A stretch of DNA of 64,000 nucleotides from a virus (IMGVR_UViG_3300044712_000568:38155-102154); one strand, 5' to 3'. Positions 9,018 to 18,734 are shown, counted from the first letter of the stretch. Notes: generated by a model from the sequence alone, not told the origin. A program made the numbers and translations.

Positions 9018-9709
9018 TGGTAAGAAAATCCTCACAACCACGTAGAATTATGGTTTCAGAGGAGGAACTCCAACTTACTACATCATCTCACGACGATAAG
9101 TATAGTCTGGTAACAGATGAAGCCGTAGCTAGGAGACAGGTTCATATCATTGACGAAGTCACCGATGTTACATTTGAGCAAGTTAAAAATCTGTATGACC
9201 AGATGATCGAAGAAGACTCCACCAAGCCAGTTCATTTCATTATTGGAACTGCTGGTGGAGACGTTCGATCCATGCTAGGTATTATGAACCTTATGCTTCT
9301 TAGTAAGGCTCCTTGTTATACCTATCTACTTGGTGAGACTTGTTCAGCAGGAGCATGGATCTACTTATGTGGCCATAAACGTTTCGCTCCCGAAACTAAT
9401 CTGGTTTCTTTTATGTTGCATCCTATGGAATGGAATAGATCAGATAGTTTAGGAAACCACGATTCGCACAATAAATATGTTGAGAAACTGTCCCAACAGT
9501 TAATCAAATTAACAGCTAGTCGCACAAAGCTAAGTATCCAGAAGTTGAGAAAGTTAGCAACTACAGAAACTTGTTATTTTGTAGGCGAAGAGCTATTCGA
9601 ACACGGTATTGCTACCGATGTGCTTAACTCTGTAGTTTTCTGGCATTCCGAAAAACCTGTAAAAAAGGAAAAGAAGGAAAAGCCTCAACCATTAATGGAA
9701 CAAAAGTAA
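9017..9709 (+). CDS. ClpP-like serine protease
   Basis: IGTAGGDV, GETCSAG (nucleophile Ser), KRFA, FMLHP (His), HGIATDV. Confidence 0.82.
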   Translation: MVRKSSQPRRIMVSEEELQLTTSSHDDKYSLVTDEAVARRQVHIIDEVTDVTFEQVKNLYDQMIEEDSTKPVHFIIGTAGGDVRSMLGIMNLMLLSKAPCYTYLLGETCSAGAWIYLCGHKRFAPETNLVSFMLHPMEWNRSDSLGNHDSHNKYVEKLSQQLIKLTASRTKLSIQKLRKLATTETCYFVGEELFEHGIATDVLNSVVFWHSEKPVKKEKKEKPQPLMEQK

Positions 9710-9721
9710 TAGGATAACAAA

Positions 9722-9940
9722 ATGGCAGTTGTAAAGATTTCTCCAGCGGTTGGTAAGGACATTATTTATGTCTGCACTCATTGCCAAAATCGTGAAAAGG
9801 AATTTGCCTACTCTGATAGACAGTATAAATACTGTTCTAAGTGTGGAAGCACTTCAGTAAAGTCCACTCTTACCGATTCTTTTAACTATGTGTCATCTTC
9901 ATTTACTGATACCTCTTTAACCGAAGATACCTATGAGTAA
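9722..9940 (+). CDS. zinc-ribbon protein
   Basis: YVCTHC...YCSKCGS. Confidence 0.65.
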   Translation: MAVVKISPAVGKDIIYVCTHCQNREKEFAYSDRQYKYCSKCGSTSVKSTLTDSFNYVSSSFTDTSLTEDTYE

Positions 9941-10496
9941 GGTTACAAAAGAACTGGTCCAAGAGAAATTGGGAGAGTGGACCCCTTCCACAAAAGTCCA
10001 AGAAACGCTTGGCCTCTCATCCATGGATGAGGCTCTTTTTAAGAAAGAGTTTCAGGCCCTTGAATCTAAGGGTATTATTGAGAGAGAAGGAGCTAAGAAG
10101 GGTCTTAAGTTTAAATTTAAGATTCCTAAGGAATCTAAGGATGCCTCACCTTCGGATCTCTTGGCATTAATGGGCACTCCTAAGACGGAAAGTCATACAT
10201 CAAAACCTAAATCGAAGAAAGCTGAGAAGCCGGTTGATGTTACTGAACTTGCTGCGGAAGTAACCATTATTCCAAAACACGAGTATCACTCTGAAGTAAC
10301 TAATGTGCCGCTATCTAACCTGTTTTCCTTCATCTTGAAGGGATCTTCTGATGTTGATCGCACTATTGCTTTAAAGCGAACTCAGAAAGGTGTAGTTGTA
10401 AAAACTTACAATGGCATCTATTTACTTTCTGAAGTTCTCTATACAAAGGAAAACTTCAACAAGTTATTAAAAGCATCTGGTATTTCATTGGAATAA
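9933..10496 (+). CDS. hypothetical protein, possible N-terminal winged helix
   Basis: ...FQALESKGIIEREG... resembles a wHTH wing. Confidence 0.55.
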   Translation: MSKVTKELVQEKLGEWTPSTKVQETLGLSSMDEALFKKEFQALESKGIIEREGAKKGLKFKFKIPKESKDASPSDLLALMGTPKTESHTSKPKSKKAEKPVDVTELAAEVTIIPKHEYHSEVTNVPLSNLFSFILKGSSDVDRTIALKRTQKGVVVKTYNGIYLLSEVLYTKENFNKLLKASGISLE

Positions 10497-10498
10497 AG

Positions 10499-11221
10499 AT
10501 GGGCAGCAAGAAGAAAGAAACTGCTACACCGGAATTTCCTGAATCGTTTAAAGCAGCCAGAAAGAACTTTGCAAAGAACTTAACTAAATTATTGACTCAC
10601 TTGGGATATACTGCGGCAACGCTTTCTCTCAAAGTCAATACAATTTGTGAGAGCGATACCATTGCCACTAGTGATGTGTATGAATGGTTAGCTGGAACAA
10701 AGATTCCAAGTGTTTATCACTTATATAAGTTAAGTGTTTGGCTCCATATTCCAATGGATGCCTTATTCACAAGTTCTTTTGACTCAACTACGGTGGACGG
10801 ACGTTCGTTTGCTAAGCAGTCAATTACATACTCTGTATCGGAGGAAGAATTAGTAGAGGCCGAACCGGCCACAACCAAGGAGAACACATCAATGGCTAAG
10901 AATACCGCAATCGTTTCTATTTCTCGCACTTCTAAGAAGCAGATGGAGCAGATCGTTTCTGCTAGAACTGACAGTAAGAGCTATAACCTTCTGTTAGCCA
11001 ACAAGCTTTACAATACTGATATGCAGCTTAAGGAAATTGCTGCTAAGGTTGGCGTGTCCACCCGCAGTCTTCGTGATTATGCCTTCTACAATACTAGCGT
11101 TCCTGCTACTGTAGCTGAAAAGCTCGTCAAGCTCTTTAAGACCAGCTATCGTAATCTCGGCCTTCAGTATGATTCTGATCGTGATCGTTATACTCATATG
11201 ACTGTCAAGATCAAGGCCTAA
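10499..11221 (+). CDS. double XRE/HTH-domain DNA-binding protein
   Basis: N-domain FAKNL...VYEWLAGTKIPS...LSVWL; C-domain LKEIAAKVGVSTRSL...AEKLVKLF. Confidence 0.72.
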   Translation: MGSKKKETATPEFPESFKAARKNFAKNLTKLLTHLGYTAATLSLKVNTICESDTIATSDVYEWLAGTKIPSVYHLYKLSVWLHIPMDALFTSSFDSTTVDGRSFAKQSITYSVSEEELVEAEPATTKENTSMAKNTAIVSISRTSKKQMEQIVSARTDSKSYNLLLANKLYNTDMQLKEIAAKVGVSTRSLRDYAFYNTSVPATVAEKLVKLFKTSYRNLGLQYDSDRDRYTHMTVKIKA

Positions 11222-11240
11222 TTGTTTAGGCATGTTTTCT

Positions 11241-11277
11241 AAGAGGGCTGGCCAAAAGCTGGCCCTCTTATTTTATT
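11241..11277 (+). terminator. Rho-independent terminator
   Basis: AAGAGGGCTGGC-CAAAA-GCTGGCCCTCTT then ATTTTATT. Confidence 0.7.
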
Positions 11278-11294
11278 CAGAAAGAAGGTTTTTC

Positions 11295-11672
11295 ATGGCT
11301 AAAAGAATTCAAAAATACTATTGTTTATTGCATATTCCTACTGGAACTATGATTAAAACTATTAGATTTAATAAAAAAATTCACGGTGAGAATTTTTTAG
11401 ATTTTCTTCCAGTTACTACTAGTAAACAATTCCAAGATCCTGAAACACTTTATTCTATTGTATGGCAGTCAAAAGAATTTAGACGTAGAAAGTATTTGTA
11501 TTTACTCGAAGAAGCTTTATATCCTGATGTTTATAGTGATCCATATCATCAAGAAGATAGAGGTCAATACATACAAGAGCATTTCAGAGAAGAATTTATA
11601 GTTGCATCATATCCAATTTGGGATACTGATGTGAAAAGTTCTCTTGAGTCATTTGAATTGTTTCGTCCGTAA
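11295..11672 (+). CDS. small 'IPxG...EF' paralog family member
   Basis: YCLLHIPTGT...REEFIVAS; start at MAKR after the terminator. Confidence 0.72.
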   Translation: MAKRIQKYYCLLHIPTGTMIKTIRFNKKIHGENFLDFLPVTTSKQFQDPETLYSIVWQSKEFRRRKYLYLLEEALYPDVYSDPYHQEDRGQYIQEHFREEFIVASYPIWDTDVKSSLESFELFRP

Positions 11673-11683
11673 TTGGAGATTTT

Positions 11684-11938
11684 ATGTTACCTAGACCAGC
11701 AATGCGAAGTCAAATTATGCATATTCCAACTGGATTATATTTACATTATTGCTTTTTTCCTCACGATGGACATATACATTTAGTCTTATCTAAAGAACCA
11801 GCATTATATAATCGTAATAATTTAGATTTATTTGAACAAGTATCAAATCCTTCTTGGGATAGATATGTAATTCATAACGGCGATGATCTATTTGATGGAA
11901 CCTGTGACGAATTTGTTTTGGTAGAACAACGTGTTTAA
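11684..11938 (+). CDS. small 'IPxG...EF' paralog family member
   Basis: QIMHIPTGLY...DEFVLVE. Confidence 0.75.
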   Translation: MLPRPAMRSQIMHIPTGLYLHYCFFPHDGHIHLVLSKEPALYNRNNLDLFEQVSNPSWDRYVIHNGDDLFDGTCDEFVLVEQRV

Positions 11939-12182
11939 ATATATGCTTTTACATATCCCAAGTGGAAATTATGTTTCTAAAGTTACAATTGACATAGAGA
12001 AAAAAATGTCATGGAATACTTTTGCCAGAGGGCCCGAATTGATAACAGTTTGGGGATTTGATGTTCCAGCAGATGCAAAACCAATAAAATTTGATTCTAA
12101 AACAAAGGCCAAGACTTGGTTACGTCAAAAAGCTCCCGGCAAACGCGGAACTCTTTTTACAATAATTGAGATACGAGAATGA
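11931..12182 (+). CDS. small 'IPxG...EF' paralog family member
   Basis: MLLHIPSGNY...FDSKTKAKTWL...LFTIIE. Confidence 0.75.
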   Translation: MFKYMLLHIPSGNYVSKVTIDIEKKMSWNTFARGPELITVWGFDVPADAKPIKFDSKTKAKTWLRQKAPGKRGTLFTIIEIRE

Positions 12183-12442
12183 GCAAGTGGCGTATACTTC
12201 ATATTCCATCAGGTAGATTTGTAACTAAAACTGAAAAATTAGCTATTGGAAAATTTGGCTTACAGTTCGAAAATGAATATAGTATTGGAAAATATACTAC
12301 GGGAAAAGTATACGAAGCATGGTTTAAATGGAGAGCAGAAACTATGTTAGAAAATATTTTCGCTGGCTCTGTTAGACCAGACACGGAACTTTTGTGGTTT
12401 AGTGATAATAATAAATGCGAATTTGAAGTGGTAAAAGCATGA
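12179..12442 (+). CDS. small 'IPxG...EF' paralog family member
   Basis: RILHIPSGRF...CEFEVVKA. Confidence 0.75.
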   Translation: MSKWRILHIPSGRFVTKTEKLAIGKFGLQFENEYSIGKYTTGKVYEAWFKWRAETMLENIFAGSVRPDTELLWFSDNNKCEFEVVKA

Positions 12443-12708
12443 AATATCAAATTTTATGTTTAGAATCTTTTGAATTGCTTTACGAAAGAACAGTTGAAAT
12501 AGAAGAAATATGGGAAGACCTGCGGTATACTTATACGGATCATCGGTATTGTTTATCTTCTGATATCCCCAAAGATGCTATTTCTTACTCAGAAGCTAAA
12601 ATAGTAACATTTATGAGTCTTAAAAAAGCTGAAAAATGGATTAAAATTTATTCTACAGAAAACAATTATCCGGCTAATCTATTTGAAATAGTTAGAGCAG
12701 ATGGCTAA
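12439..12708 (+). CDS. small 'IPxG...EF' paralog family member (variant)
   Basis: YQILCLESFE...FMSLKKAEKWI...LFEIVR. Confidence 0.68.
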   Translation: MKYQILCLESFELLYERTVEIEEIWEDLRYTYTDHRYCLSSDIPKDAISYSEAKIVTFMSLKKAEKWIKIYSTENNYPANLFEIVRADG

Positions 12709-12994
12709 GTATAGAGTATTATCACTGATCAGTTTTGAATTTATTGTGGAACTTGATTGTATGGTATTGGATACTAATACTCCAAGTGGCATTAAAATTA
12801 TAAAGCGATATTGCGAAATTAGTGATCTAGGACGTAGAAATTTAATCCCTGGTAAGATGTTAAATCCTTTAGCGTCTACCCCAAAAGTAGCAGAATTTAT
12901 GAGCCGAAAGAAGGCTGAAAAATGGCTACAAAATTATTGTGCGACAAAAAGTTTAGACCCAGTTTTATTTGAATTGGTAAAACAAAATGGCTAA
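12701..12994 (+). CDS. small 'IPxG...EF' paralog family member (variant)
   Basis: YRVLSLISFE...FMSRKKAEKWL...LFELVK. Confidence 0.68.
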   Translation: MAKYRVLSLISFEFIVELDCMVLDTNTPSGIKIIKRYCEISDLGRRNLIPGKMLNPLASTPKVAEFMSRKKAEKWLQNYCATKSLDPVLFELVKQNG

Positions 12995-13397
12995 AGAAAA
13001 ATATACAATTATGCATATTCCATCTGGATATCTTTGGCACAGTAGTTTAATTTTTGATAAGAAAAGCAAAGCTATTGGTTTTTTAAATAGTCTTCCAACT
13101 AAAGATGGACGTTTAGATTTTAGTGAAACTCATGGACTAGATTCTTTTCGTGGAATCAAAGCTAAAAAATTAGATATGGCTCGAAAATTACGTTTAATTG
13201 AAATTAGAAAAATTGAGGGTCTTCTTAGTATGGCTGTTTATACAAATAGCAAAGATCCCAGGAATGTCTATAGAGATTTAATAAATTCTAGACGAGCCGT
13301 GAATGAAATGCTTTTAGTAGAACTAGCGGTAGTTCCAATAAAAGAGTCACATTTAGAAATGTTAAATAATATAGTTAAACCAGAAGAGGACGAATGA
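12987..13397 (+). CDS. small 'IPxG...EF' paralog family member
   Basis: YTIMHIPSGY...FDKKSKAIGFL...VELAVVP. Confidence 0.7.
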   Translation: MAKEKYTIMHIPSGYLWHSSLIFDKKSKAIGFLNSLPTKDGRLDFSETHGLDSFRGIKAKKLDMARKLRLIEIRKIEGLLSMAVYTNSKDPRNVYRDLINSRRAVNEMLLVELAVVPIKESHLEMLNNIVKPEEDE

Positions 13398-13843
13398 AAA
13401 GATACATGGTAACATTAAACGGTAATCCATTTTATGGATTAACTTATACTCATACTAAGACTAATGTTAGATATTTTTATGATTATATTACAATGCAGGT
13501 GGAAGGAGCTTTTGATACATTAGTTGATTTTCCATCTGAACGAGAGGCTAAATTATGGCTGATTTCAAAATCATCCATTCAAAGTCTTAAACATTATATG
13601 TATGCTTTAGCGTGTTTACCCGATGAAGAACTCGATAAAATTATAGCTAAAGGTAAATATAAACTAAGCAAAGCAATGATGAGAGAATGCGATATAAATA
13701 TCAGCAACTCTAGCACTCGAACTTCGTTTTCGAGAGCAGATTATCCATTGCTTTGTGAATTTGTTATTGTGGAGTATGAGGCGAATGTCTTACAATCGAA
13801 ACAAGGGAACGATGTGGATAGTATTGAATCTTCTGACAAATGA
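13394..13843 (+). CDS. small 'IPxG...EF' paralog family member (divergent)
   Basis: RYMVTLNGN...FPSEREAKLWL...CEFVIVEY. Confidence 0.6.
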   Translation: MKRYMVTLNGNPFYGLTYTHTKTNVRYFYDYITMQVEGAFDTLVDFPSEREAKLWLISKSSIQSLKHYMYALACLPDEELDKIIAKGKYKLSKAMMRECDINISNSSTRTSFSRADYPLLCEFVIVEYEANVLQSKQGNDVDSIESSDK

Positions 13844-14144
13844 AGTATTAAGCGAAGTTACTCCAGATAAGGAAAAATATCGTAATTCTGTAATAAAAGA
13901 CTTAGCTTTTAATTTAGATAAATATACAGGAAAATATCAAGAGCAGGCATTTAAATTAGTGCTAGTGCCTAAAAAATTTCTATTACTACATGATGCTAGA
14001 AAAGCATTATTTGAATGTGTTAAACCAACTCAAGACGAATTACTTCACTATGAATTCGTCCTTTTAGGAAAAGACGGAGAGCCTGTGGGATCTATCTTTC
14101 CGAGGAATAAAGATGAGGCTAGTTATACTAAGCGACACCCATAG
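13785..14144 (+). CDS. small 'IPxG...EF' paralog family member (divergent)
   Basis: WIVLNLLTNE...FLLLHDARKAL...YEFVLL; GAGG RBS before 13785. Confidence 0.58.
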   Translation: MSYNRNKGTMWIVLNLLTNEVLSEVTPDKEKYRNSVIKDLAFNLDKYTGKYQEQAFKLVLVPKKFLLLHDARKALFECVKPTQDELLHYEFVLLGKDGEPVGSIFPRNKDEASYTKRHP

Positions 14145-14781
14145 TAATTTAATAAACGATCTTATACCGAATGGTGATGTTCTTATTCACGCTGGCGATT
14201 TGTCAGTCTCTGGATCTATTCCAGAGCTTAATAGAGTTGGACAAGAACTCGGCAAGTTACCACATCCAGTTAAGCTTGTCATTCCAGGCAATCATGATTT
14301 CTTATTCCAACATTCTCCGAGACTTGCAAGAGATTTAATGGGAGCTGATGTTACTGTTTTAATTGATGAAGCCATAGAAATTAATGGCATCAAATTTTAT
14401 GGCAGTCCCTGGCAACCTGAATTTTTTAATTGGGCTTTTAATTTACCACGTTTAGGTTATGAACTTGAAGAAGTCTGGAAAAAGATACCTGACGATACTG
14501 ATGTGCTTATTACACATGGTCCAGCAAAAGAACGTCTGGACTTTGTTCCTAGAGGCCAGTTTGTAGGCTGTGAAGCGTTAAAGGCCAGAATTGAACAATT
14601 GGATAAGCTTAAACTCCATTGTTTCGGTCATATTCATTATGGATATGGTTACGAATATTATCGCAATAAGTTATATGTAAATGCGGCTCTTTGTGATAAC
14701 AGAGATTGGATTGTGAACAAGCCAATTGTAGTAGACATTGATGAAGTTACCAAAGAAACGAAGGTAATACAATATGAGTAA
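14113..14781 (+). CDS. calcineurin-like metallophosphoesterase
   Basis: SDTH, HAGD, GNHD, THGP, FGHIH motifs. Confidence 0.93.
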   Translation: MRLVILSDTHSNLINDLIPNGDVLIHAGDLSVSGSIPELNRVGQELGKLPHPVKLVIPGNHDFLFQHSPRLARDLMGADVTVLIDEAIEINGIKFYGSPWQPEFFNWAFNLPRLGYELEEVWKKIPDDTDVLITHGPAKERLDFVPRGQFVGCEALKARIEQLDKLKLHCFGHIHYGYGYEYYRNKLYVNAALCDNRDWIVNKPIVVDIDEVTKETKVIQYE

Positions 14782-15334
14782 AGATTATTGGTATATTTTA
14801 CATATTCCAACTGGTGGTATTTTAGAATATCATAATAAAAATTATTCTAAAGTTAGACACGCGAATTGGAAAAAAGCACAAAAAACTCTTAAAATTAGTG
14901 GAACAGAAAATAAACTCTTACATAAATTAGGACTATATCCAGAAGTAGACGATTGGTCTTATTCGAATATTCCTAATTCGTCTCAGCAATCAGATGACGA
15001 TTTTGTAGCTTGGGTAGCATTGCCAATAAAAACTACTACTACTTCTGAAGTAGACTACATTTTTAGAATTCAGGCTATGCATTTTGCTACATTACTTGAT
15101 ACCAGACGAAGTAATTCTATAATGAAATTTGTTGATAAACTTGATGCTAGAGATTGTCTTAAATTTATATTACTTAATGCTAAAATGATGGGCTATTCTA
15201 AATATTCCATAGATGAATTTGCTGTTCTGTGTTCTGATGGAAGTATGTATGATTTCCAATCACAAACTTTGGCAGCAAAACGAAAGGCAAAGCAACTACA
15301 AACGCAACAAGATACTGTAGTAGAAACTACCTAA
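14774..15334 (+). CDS. 'IPxG...EF' paralog family member (long insert)
   Basis: YILHIPTGG...FVDKLDARDCL...DEFAVL. Confidence 0.7.
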   Translation: MSKDYWYILHIPTGGILEYHNKNYSKVRHANWKKAQKTLKISGTENKLLHKLGLYPEVDDWSYSNIPNSSQQSDDDFVAWVALPIKTTTTSEVDYIFRIQAMHFATLLDTRRSNSIMKFVDKLDARDCLKFILLNAKMMGYSKYSIDEFAVLCSDGSMYDFQSQTLAAKRKAKQLQTQQDTVVETT

Positions 15335-15360
15335 ATTAGTCCTAAAGATAATAGGCTTAT

Positions 15361-15654
15361 ATGTTTAAAAAACCTAAACTCCGTCTTGGAAGACAACCGT
15401 CAAATAGAAATCTTCCAGCAAAATCAAGTGATGGTAAATATTGTATTCTAATTGTAACCTCAAGCAGAATTCTTAGATGGCCATATCGAGCTACTGAAAA
15501 TGCTCCTATGTATAATACTAGGAAAGACGCTGAAAAAATCCTTAAAGCATATGTCACATTTGCCAATAATAATAGGGATACACATATCAAACGCATGATC
15601 GAAGAGTTTGAGATTGTTGAGTTTAATGAGGAAACAAAAGAATTAATTTCATGA
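15361..15654 (+). CDS. small 'IPxG...EF' paralog family member (divergent)
   Basis: YCILIVTSSR...YNTRKDAEKIL...EEFEIVEF. Confidence 0.6.
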   Translation: MFKKPKLRLGRQPSNRNLPAKSSDGKYCILIVTSSRILRWPYRATENAPMYNTRKDAEKILKAYVTFANNNRDTHIKRMIEEFEIVEFNEETKELIS

Positions 15655-17102
15655 AAGCAACCAAGAAGTCTAACACTAGAATCCAGCTAGAATTTGATGA
15701 TGAAAAACAAAGAGAACAGCTGGCAAAACTAGTATCCTACACAATCCCAGGCTATCAGCATACGGTAGCCTATAAATCTCGAAAATGGGACGGGACAAAA
15801 TGTTTTTTGACTCCAGCTAATACTCTACCTATTGGTTTGTTTAAGACGATCTTTCCCGACCACTCACTGGTCTTCGATAAAGACTTCAGGGATATTGGGT
15901 TTGACGATATGGATTTGTTTATGAGATTGCCGTTAGAACGCAGAGAGTATCAGCTTGAAGCTATCAATACTATACTTAGAAATAAGATGGGAATTGTAAA
16001 TGCTATTATGGGAGCTGGTAAAACTCTGATAGCTGCTGGAGTATGTTCATATCATTTATCGTGCAACCCAAAGAATAAAATTCTTTTTGTTGTATATGAT
16101 CGGAACATACTCTCTCAGACTATAACTAACTTTAAAAAATATGGATTTAATGTAAGTCAATTTGGAAGTGGTGTTAAGGACTTGGGTGGTGACATTGTAG
16201 TTGCTACCATCCAGTCTCTTAACAATATTGAGAAACCAAAGGAGGTTTTGAAACATGTTAGTTTTGTAATAATGGATGAAGCGCATCACTCTGGATCAAA
16301 GACCTCAAAATCTATGATCACTAAATTACCCAATTGCCAATATTTTATAGGCCTTACTGCTACACCACACGTAAAAAGAAGCCTTGAAACAGCAGAACTT
16401 ATGTCTGTTTTAGGGCCAGTTATTTACGAATATGGATTTAGTGAAGGTATTCAAGATAAAAAAGTAGCTCCGGTTAAGGCATTTTTTCTAGATGTTGATC
16501 CTGATTGGGATATTAAAGAAATAGTATTTCCCAGAAAAAATTATAAACTCATTTGGGATACGGCCATTCAGAATAATGCGACGAGAAACCAGCTTATAGC
16601 TGACGTTCTTCATTATTGTGTTGATCTACTCGAAACACCAAACCTCGTTTTAATCGACCGTGTGGAGCATGGAGTGACCTTGTGCGACTCGCTTAAAACA
16701 CGCGGAGTAATCAAAGCAACAACCATGTATGGATCTGACGATATTGGGATGAGAGAGATCAAGAAGTCCCATCTGATGACCGATACTATCAATACCATCG
16801 TTAGCACCGTCATCAAGGAGGGTGTTGATTTTAAGATAAGTCCAGTAGTTGCGGTGAACGCATCTGGTCGAAAGAGTTTCGTAAGTCTCATTCAATTTTT
16901 GGGTCGAGTAACCAGACCTAATGAAAAGTTTAAAACTTTTAGATGCTACATAGATTTTATAGATCACTACCACCCATTTCTCAGGGAGCATTCTCTTGAG
17001 AGAATTGAAGCGTGTAAAAGCTTCGGAGTAGAAGTAGTAGTTTGTAAATCTCTCAAAGAACTGATTACAGAAATAGTCAAACACTACAAAGAACATAATT
17101 AG
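15651..17102 (+). CDS. SF2 DEAH-box DNA helicase (UvsW-like)
   Basis: KWDG N-motif, REYQ, GAGKT, DEAHH, TATP, QFLGRVTR. Confidence 0.9.
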   Translation: MKATKKSNTRIQLEFDDEKQREQLAKLVSYTIPGYQHTVAYKSRKWDGTKCFLTPANTLPIGLFKTIFPDHSLVFDKDFRDIGFDDMDLFMRLPLERREYQLEAINTILRNKMGIVNAIMGAGKTLIAAGVCSYHLSCNPKNKILFVVYDRNILSQTITNFKKYGFNVSQFGSGVKDLGGDIVVATIQSLNNIEKPKEVLKHVSFVIMDEAHHSGSKTSKSMITKLPNCQYFIGLTATPHVKRSLETAELMSVLGPVIYEYGFSEGIQDKKVAPVKAFFLDVDPDWDIKEIVFPRKNYKLIWDTAIQNNATRNQLIADVLHYCVDLLETPNLVLIDRVEHGVTLCDSLKTRGVIKATTMYGSDDIGMREIKKSHLMTDTINTIVSTVIKEGVDFKISPVVAVNASGRKSFVSLIQFLGRVTRPNEKFKTFRCYIDFIDHYHPFLREHSLERIEACKSFGVEVVVCKSLKELITEIVKHYKEHN

Positions 17103-17109
17103 AGGCATT

Positions 17110-17337
17110 ATGGATTGGGATATTTTACATTACGACATAGATGTTGAAGATAGACCCAAAAGTAAAAAGCTCTCTGCAATAATTTTGGCTCACTATTGTA
17201 AAGACGGACTCCTTAAAAAAGGAACTTCTAATTCTTGTAATAGATGCAGTGGTAGTTTAGTTTCGTTTAGAATAACTAATTTAGAATTTCAAAAACGTAA
17301 AGCAACGGAACGAAGTCAAAAGAACAAAATCTATTAG
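17110..17337 (+). CDS. hypothetical small Cys-containing protein
   Basis: 75-aa ORF with HYC...CNRC. Confidence 0.45.
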   Translation: MDWDILHYDIDVEDRPKSKKLSAIILAHYCKDGLLKKGTSNSCNRCSGSLVSFRITNLEFQKRKATERSQKNKIY

Positions 17338-17360
17338 TATTAAGTTAACTTAAAGTAGTT

Positions 17361-18725
17361 ATGGAAACCACAACATTACCGTTTGACGGAAAATTTCAGA
17401 GCGGTCTACTCTATCTGTTAATCACGGATTACGAATTCTTACGCAATAGTATAGAGGATCTCAGCCAAAAGCATTTTGACGCTGGAGAAACTCATATTAA
17501 ATTGTTTAAGTTAATCAAGTTAGTCTATGAAAAGACTAAGAAGCCTCTCTCATTAAGTATTATTAAAAACTCTATTCTTCAACTCCAACTTCGCGGAACT
17601 TATTCTGAGGGTGATACTTTCGGAATGACTAATATTCTCGATGCTGGTAAACTCATGACTCCCTCAGAGTATGAATTTATTAGAGAGAATTGCTATAACT
17701 TCTTAAAGAAGCAAACTATGGCTCTGGCATATGCGGAGTCTCTTGCTTATTATGAGAAGGGTGATTATGATGAGCTTTATTCAATTATTGGCAAAGCTTA
17801 TAAGAAATCATTTGGAATTGAAAACAGCCTTGGAATCGACTATTTAAATGATTCAGTTCACGACCGCTACTCTGAGCCTCCCAGAACCGGAATCTGGTCA
17901 ACCGGATTTGAACGTCTTGATAGCTTTATTGATGGAGGAATGGCTAAAAAAGAATGTTATACAATCCTGGCCCCAACCGGACGAGGCAAGACTGCGTTAC
18001 TATGTAACTTTGCAGTATCTGCGATCAAACAAAAACTCAAGACTCTATTCATTACACTTGAGATGTCTGAGCGACAGATATGTCAACGGTTTGATGCTAT
18101 TATTAGCGGCTTCTCTCCATCGGAATTAGCTTCTTTACCAGAAGCTCGTGTTGAGCTTCAGAGACGCATTTCAGAAGAACTTCACGGATCTATGCCTTTT
18201 GTAAAGGGATTTGATCGAGGAAAATTAACTGTTGCCGGTCTTAAGACATATCTTGAGAGATTCTCTATGGAGAATGGAACTCCTGAAGTTGTCATTCTCG
18301 ATTGGTTCGGCTGTCTAAAACTTCCTACTAATACTGATAAGAAACATGAAGCTCTTGCAGAAGTAGCTGATGAAATCATCAATATGAGTCGTGAGTTCAA
18401 TTGTTCTATTCTAGGGGCGCATCAGACTAACCGAGGCGCAGTAGGATCTGACGTATTTGGTTACGATAAGGTATCTGAATCATTCTCAAGCTTGTTTGGT
18501 ATGGATGCCGTATTCGCATTAGGCGCATCTGACAAGGCCAAAGATGCCGGAAAGCGAACTCTTAGTATTGCTAAGAATCGTATGGGTCCAGATTCGGTTT
18601 ATGTAAATCTTATGGGTAATAAACCCAGTGAACCTTTAACTTTTAAATTTACGGAAGTTCCTTCTGAGGAAGAAGAAGCTTCTTTATTATATCCTGATTC
18701 GGAGTCTGACAAAAACTCCGACTAG
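17361..18725 (+). CDS. replicative SF4 DNA helicase (DnaB/T4 gp41-like)
   Basis: STGFERLD, APTGRGKT, ITLEM, ILDW, HQTNR, SES, KNRMG. Confidence 0.92.
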   Translation: METTTLPFDGKFQSGLLYLLITDYEFLRNSIEDLSQKHFDAGETHIKLFKLIKLVYEKTKKPLSLSIIKNSILQLQLRGTYSEGDTFGMTNILDAGKLMTPSEYEFIRENCYNFLKKQTMALAYAESLAYYEKGDYDELYSIIGKAYKKSFGIENSLGIDYLNDSVHDRYSEPPRTGIWSTGFERLDSFIDGGMAKKECYTILAPTGRGKTALLCNFAVSAIKQKLKTLFITLEMSERQICQRFDAIISGFSPSELASLPEARVELQRRISEELHGSMPFVKGFDRGKLTVAGLKTYLERFSMENGTPEVVILDWFGCLKLPTNTDKKHEALAEVADEIINMSREFNCSILGAHQTNRGAVGSDVFGYDKVSESFSSLFGMDAVFALGASDKAKDAGKRTLSIAKNRMGPDSVYVNLMGNKPSEPLTFKFTEVPSEEEEASLLYPDSESDKNSD

Positions 18726-18734
18726 TGGAGTTTT

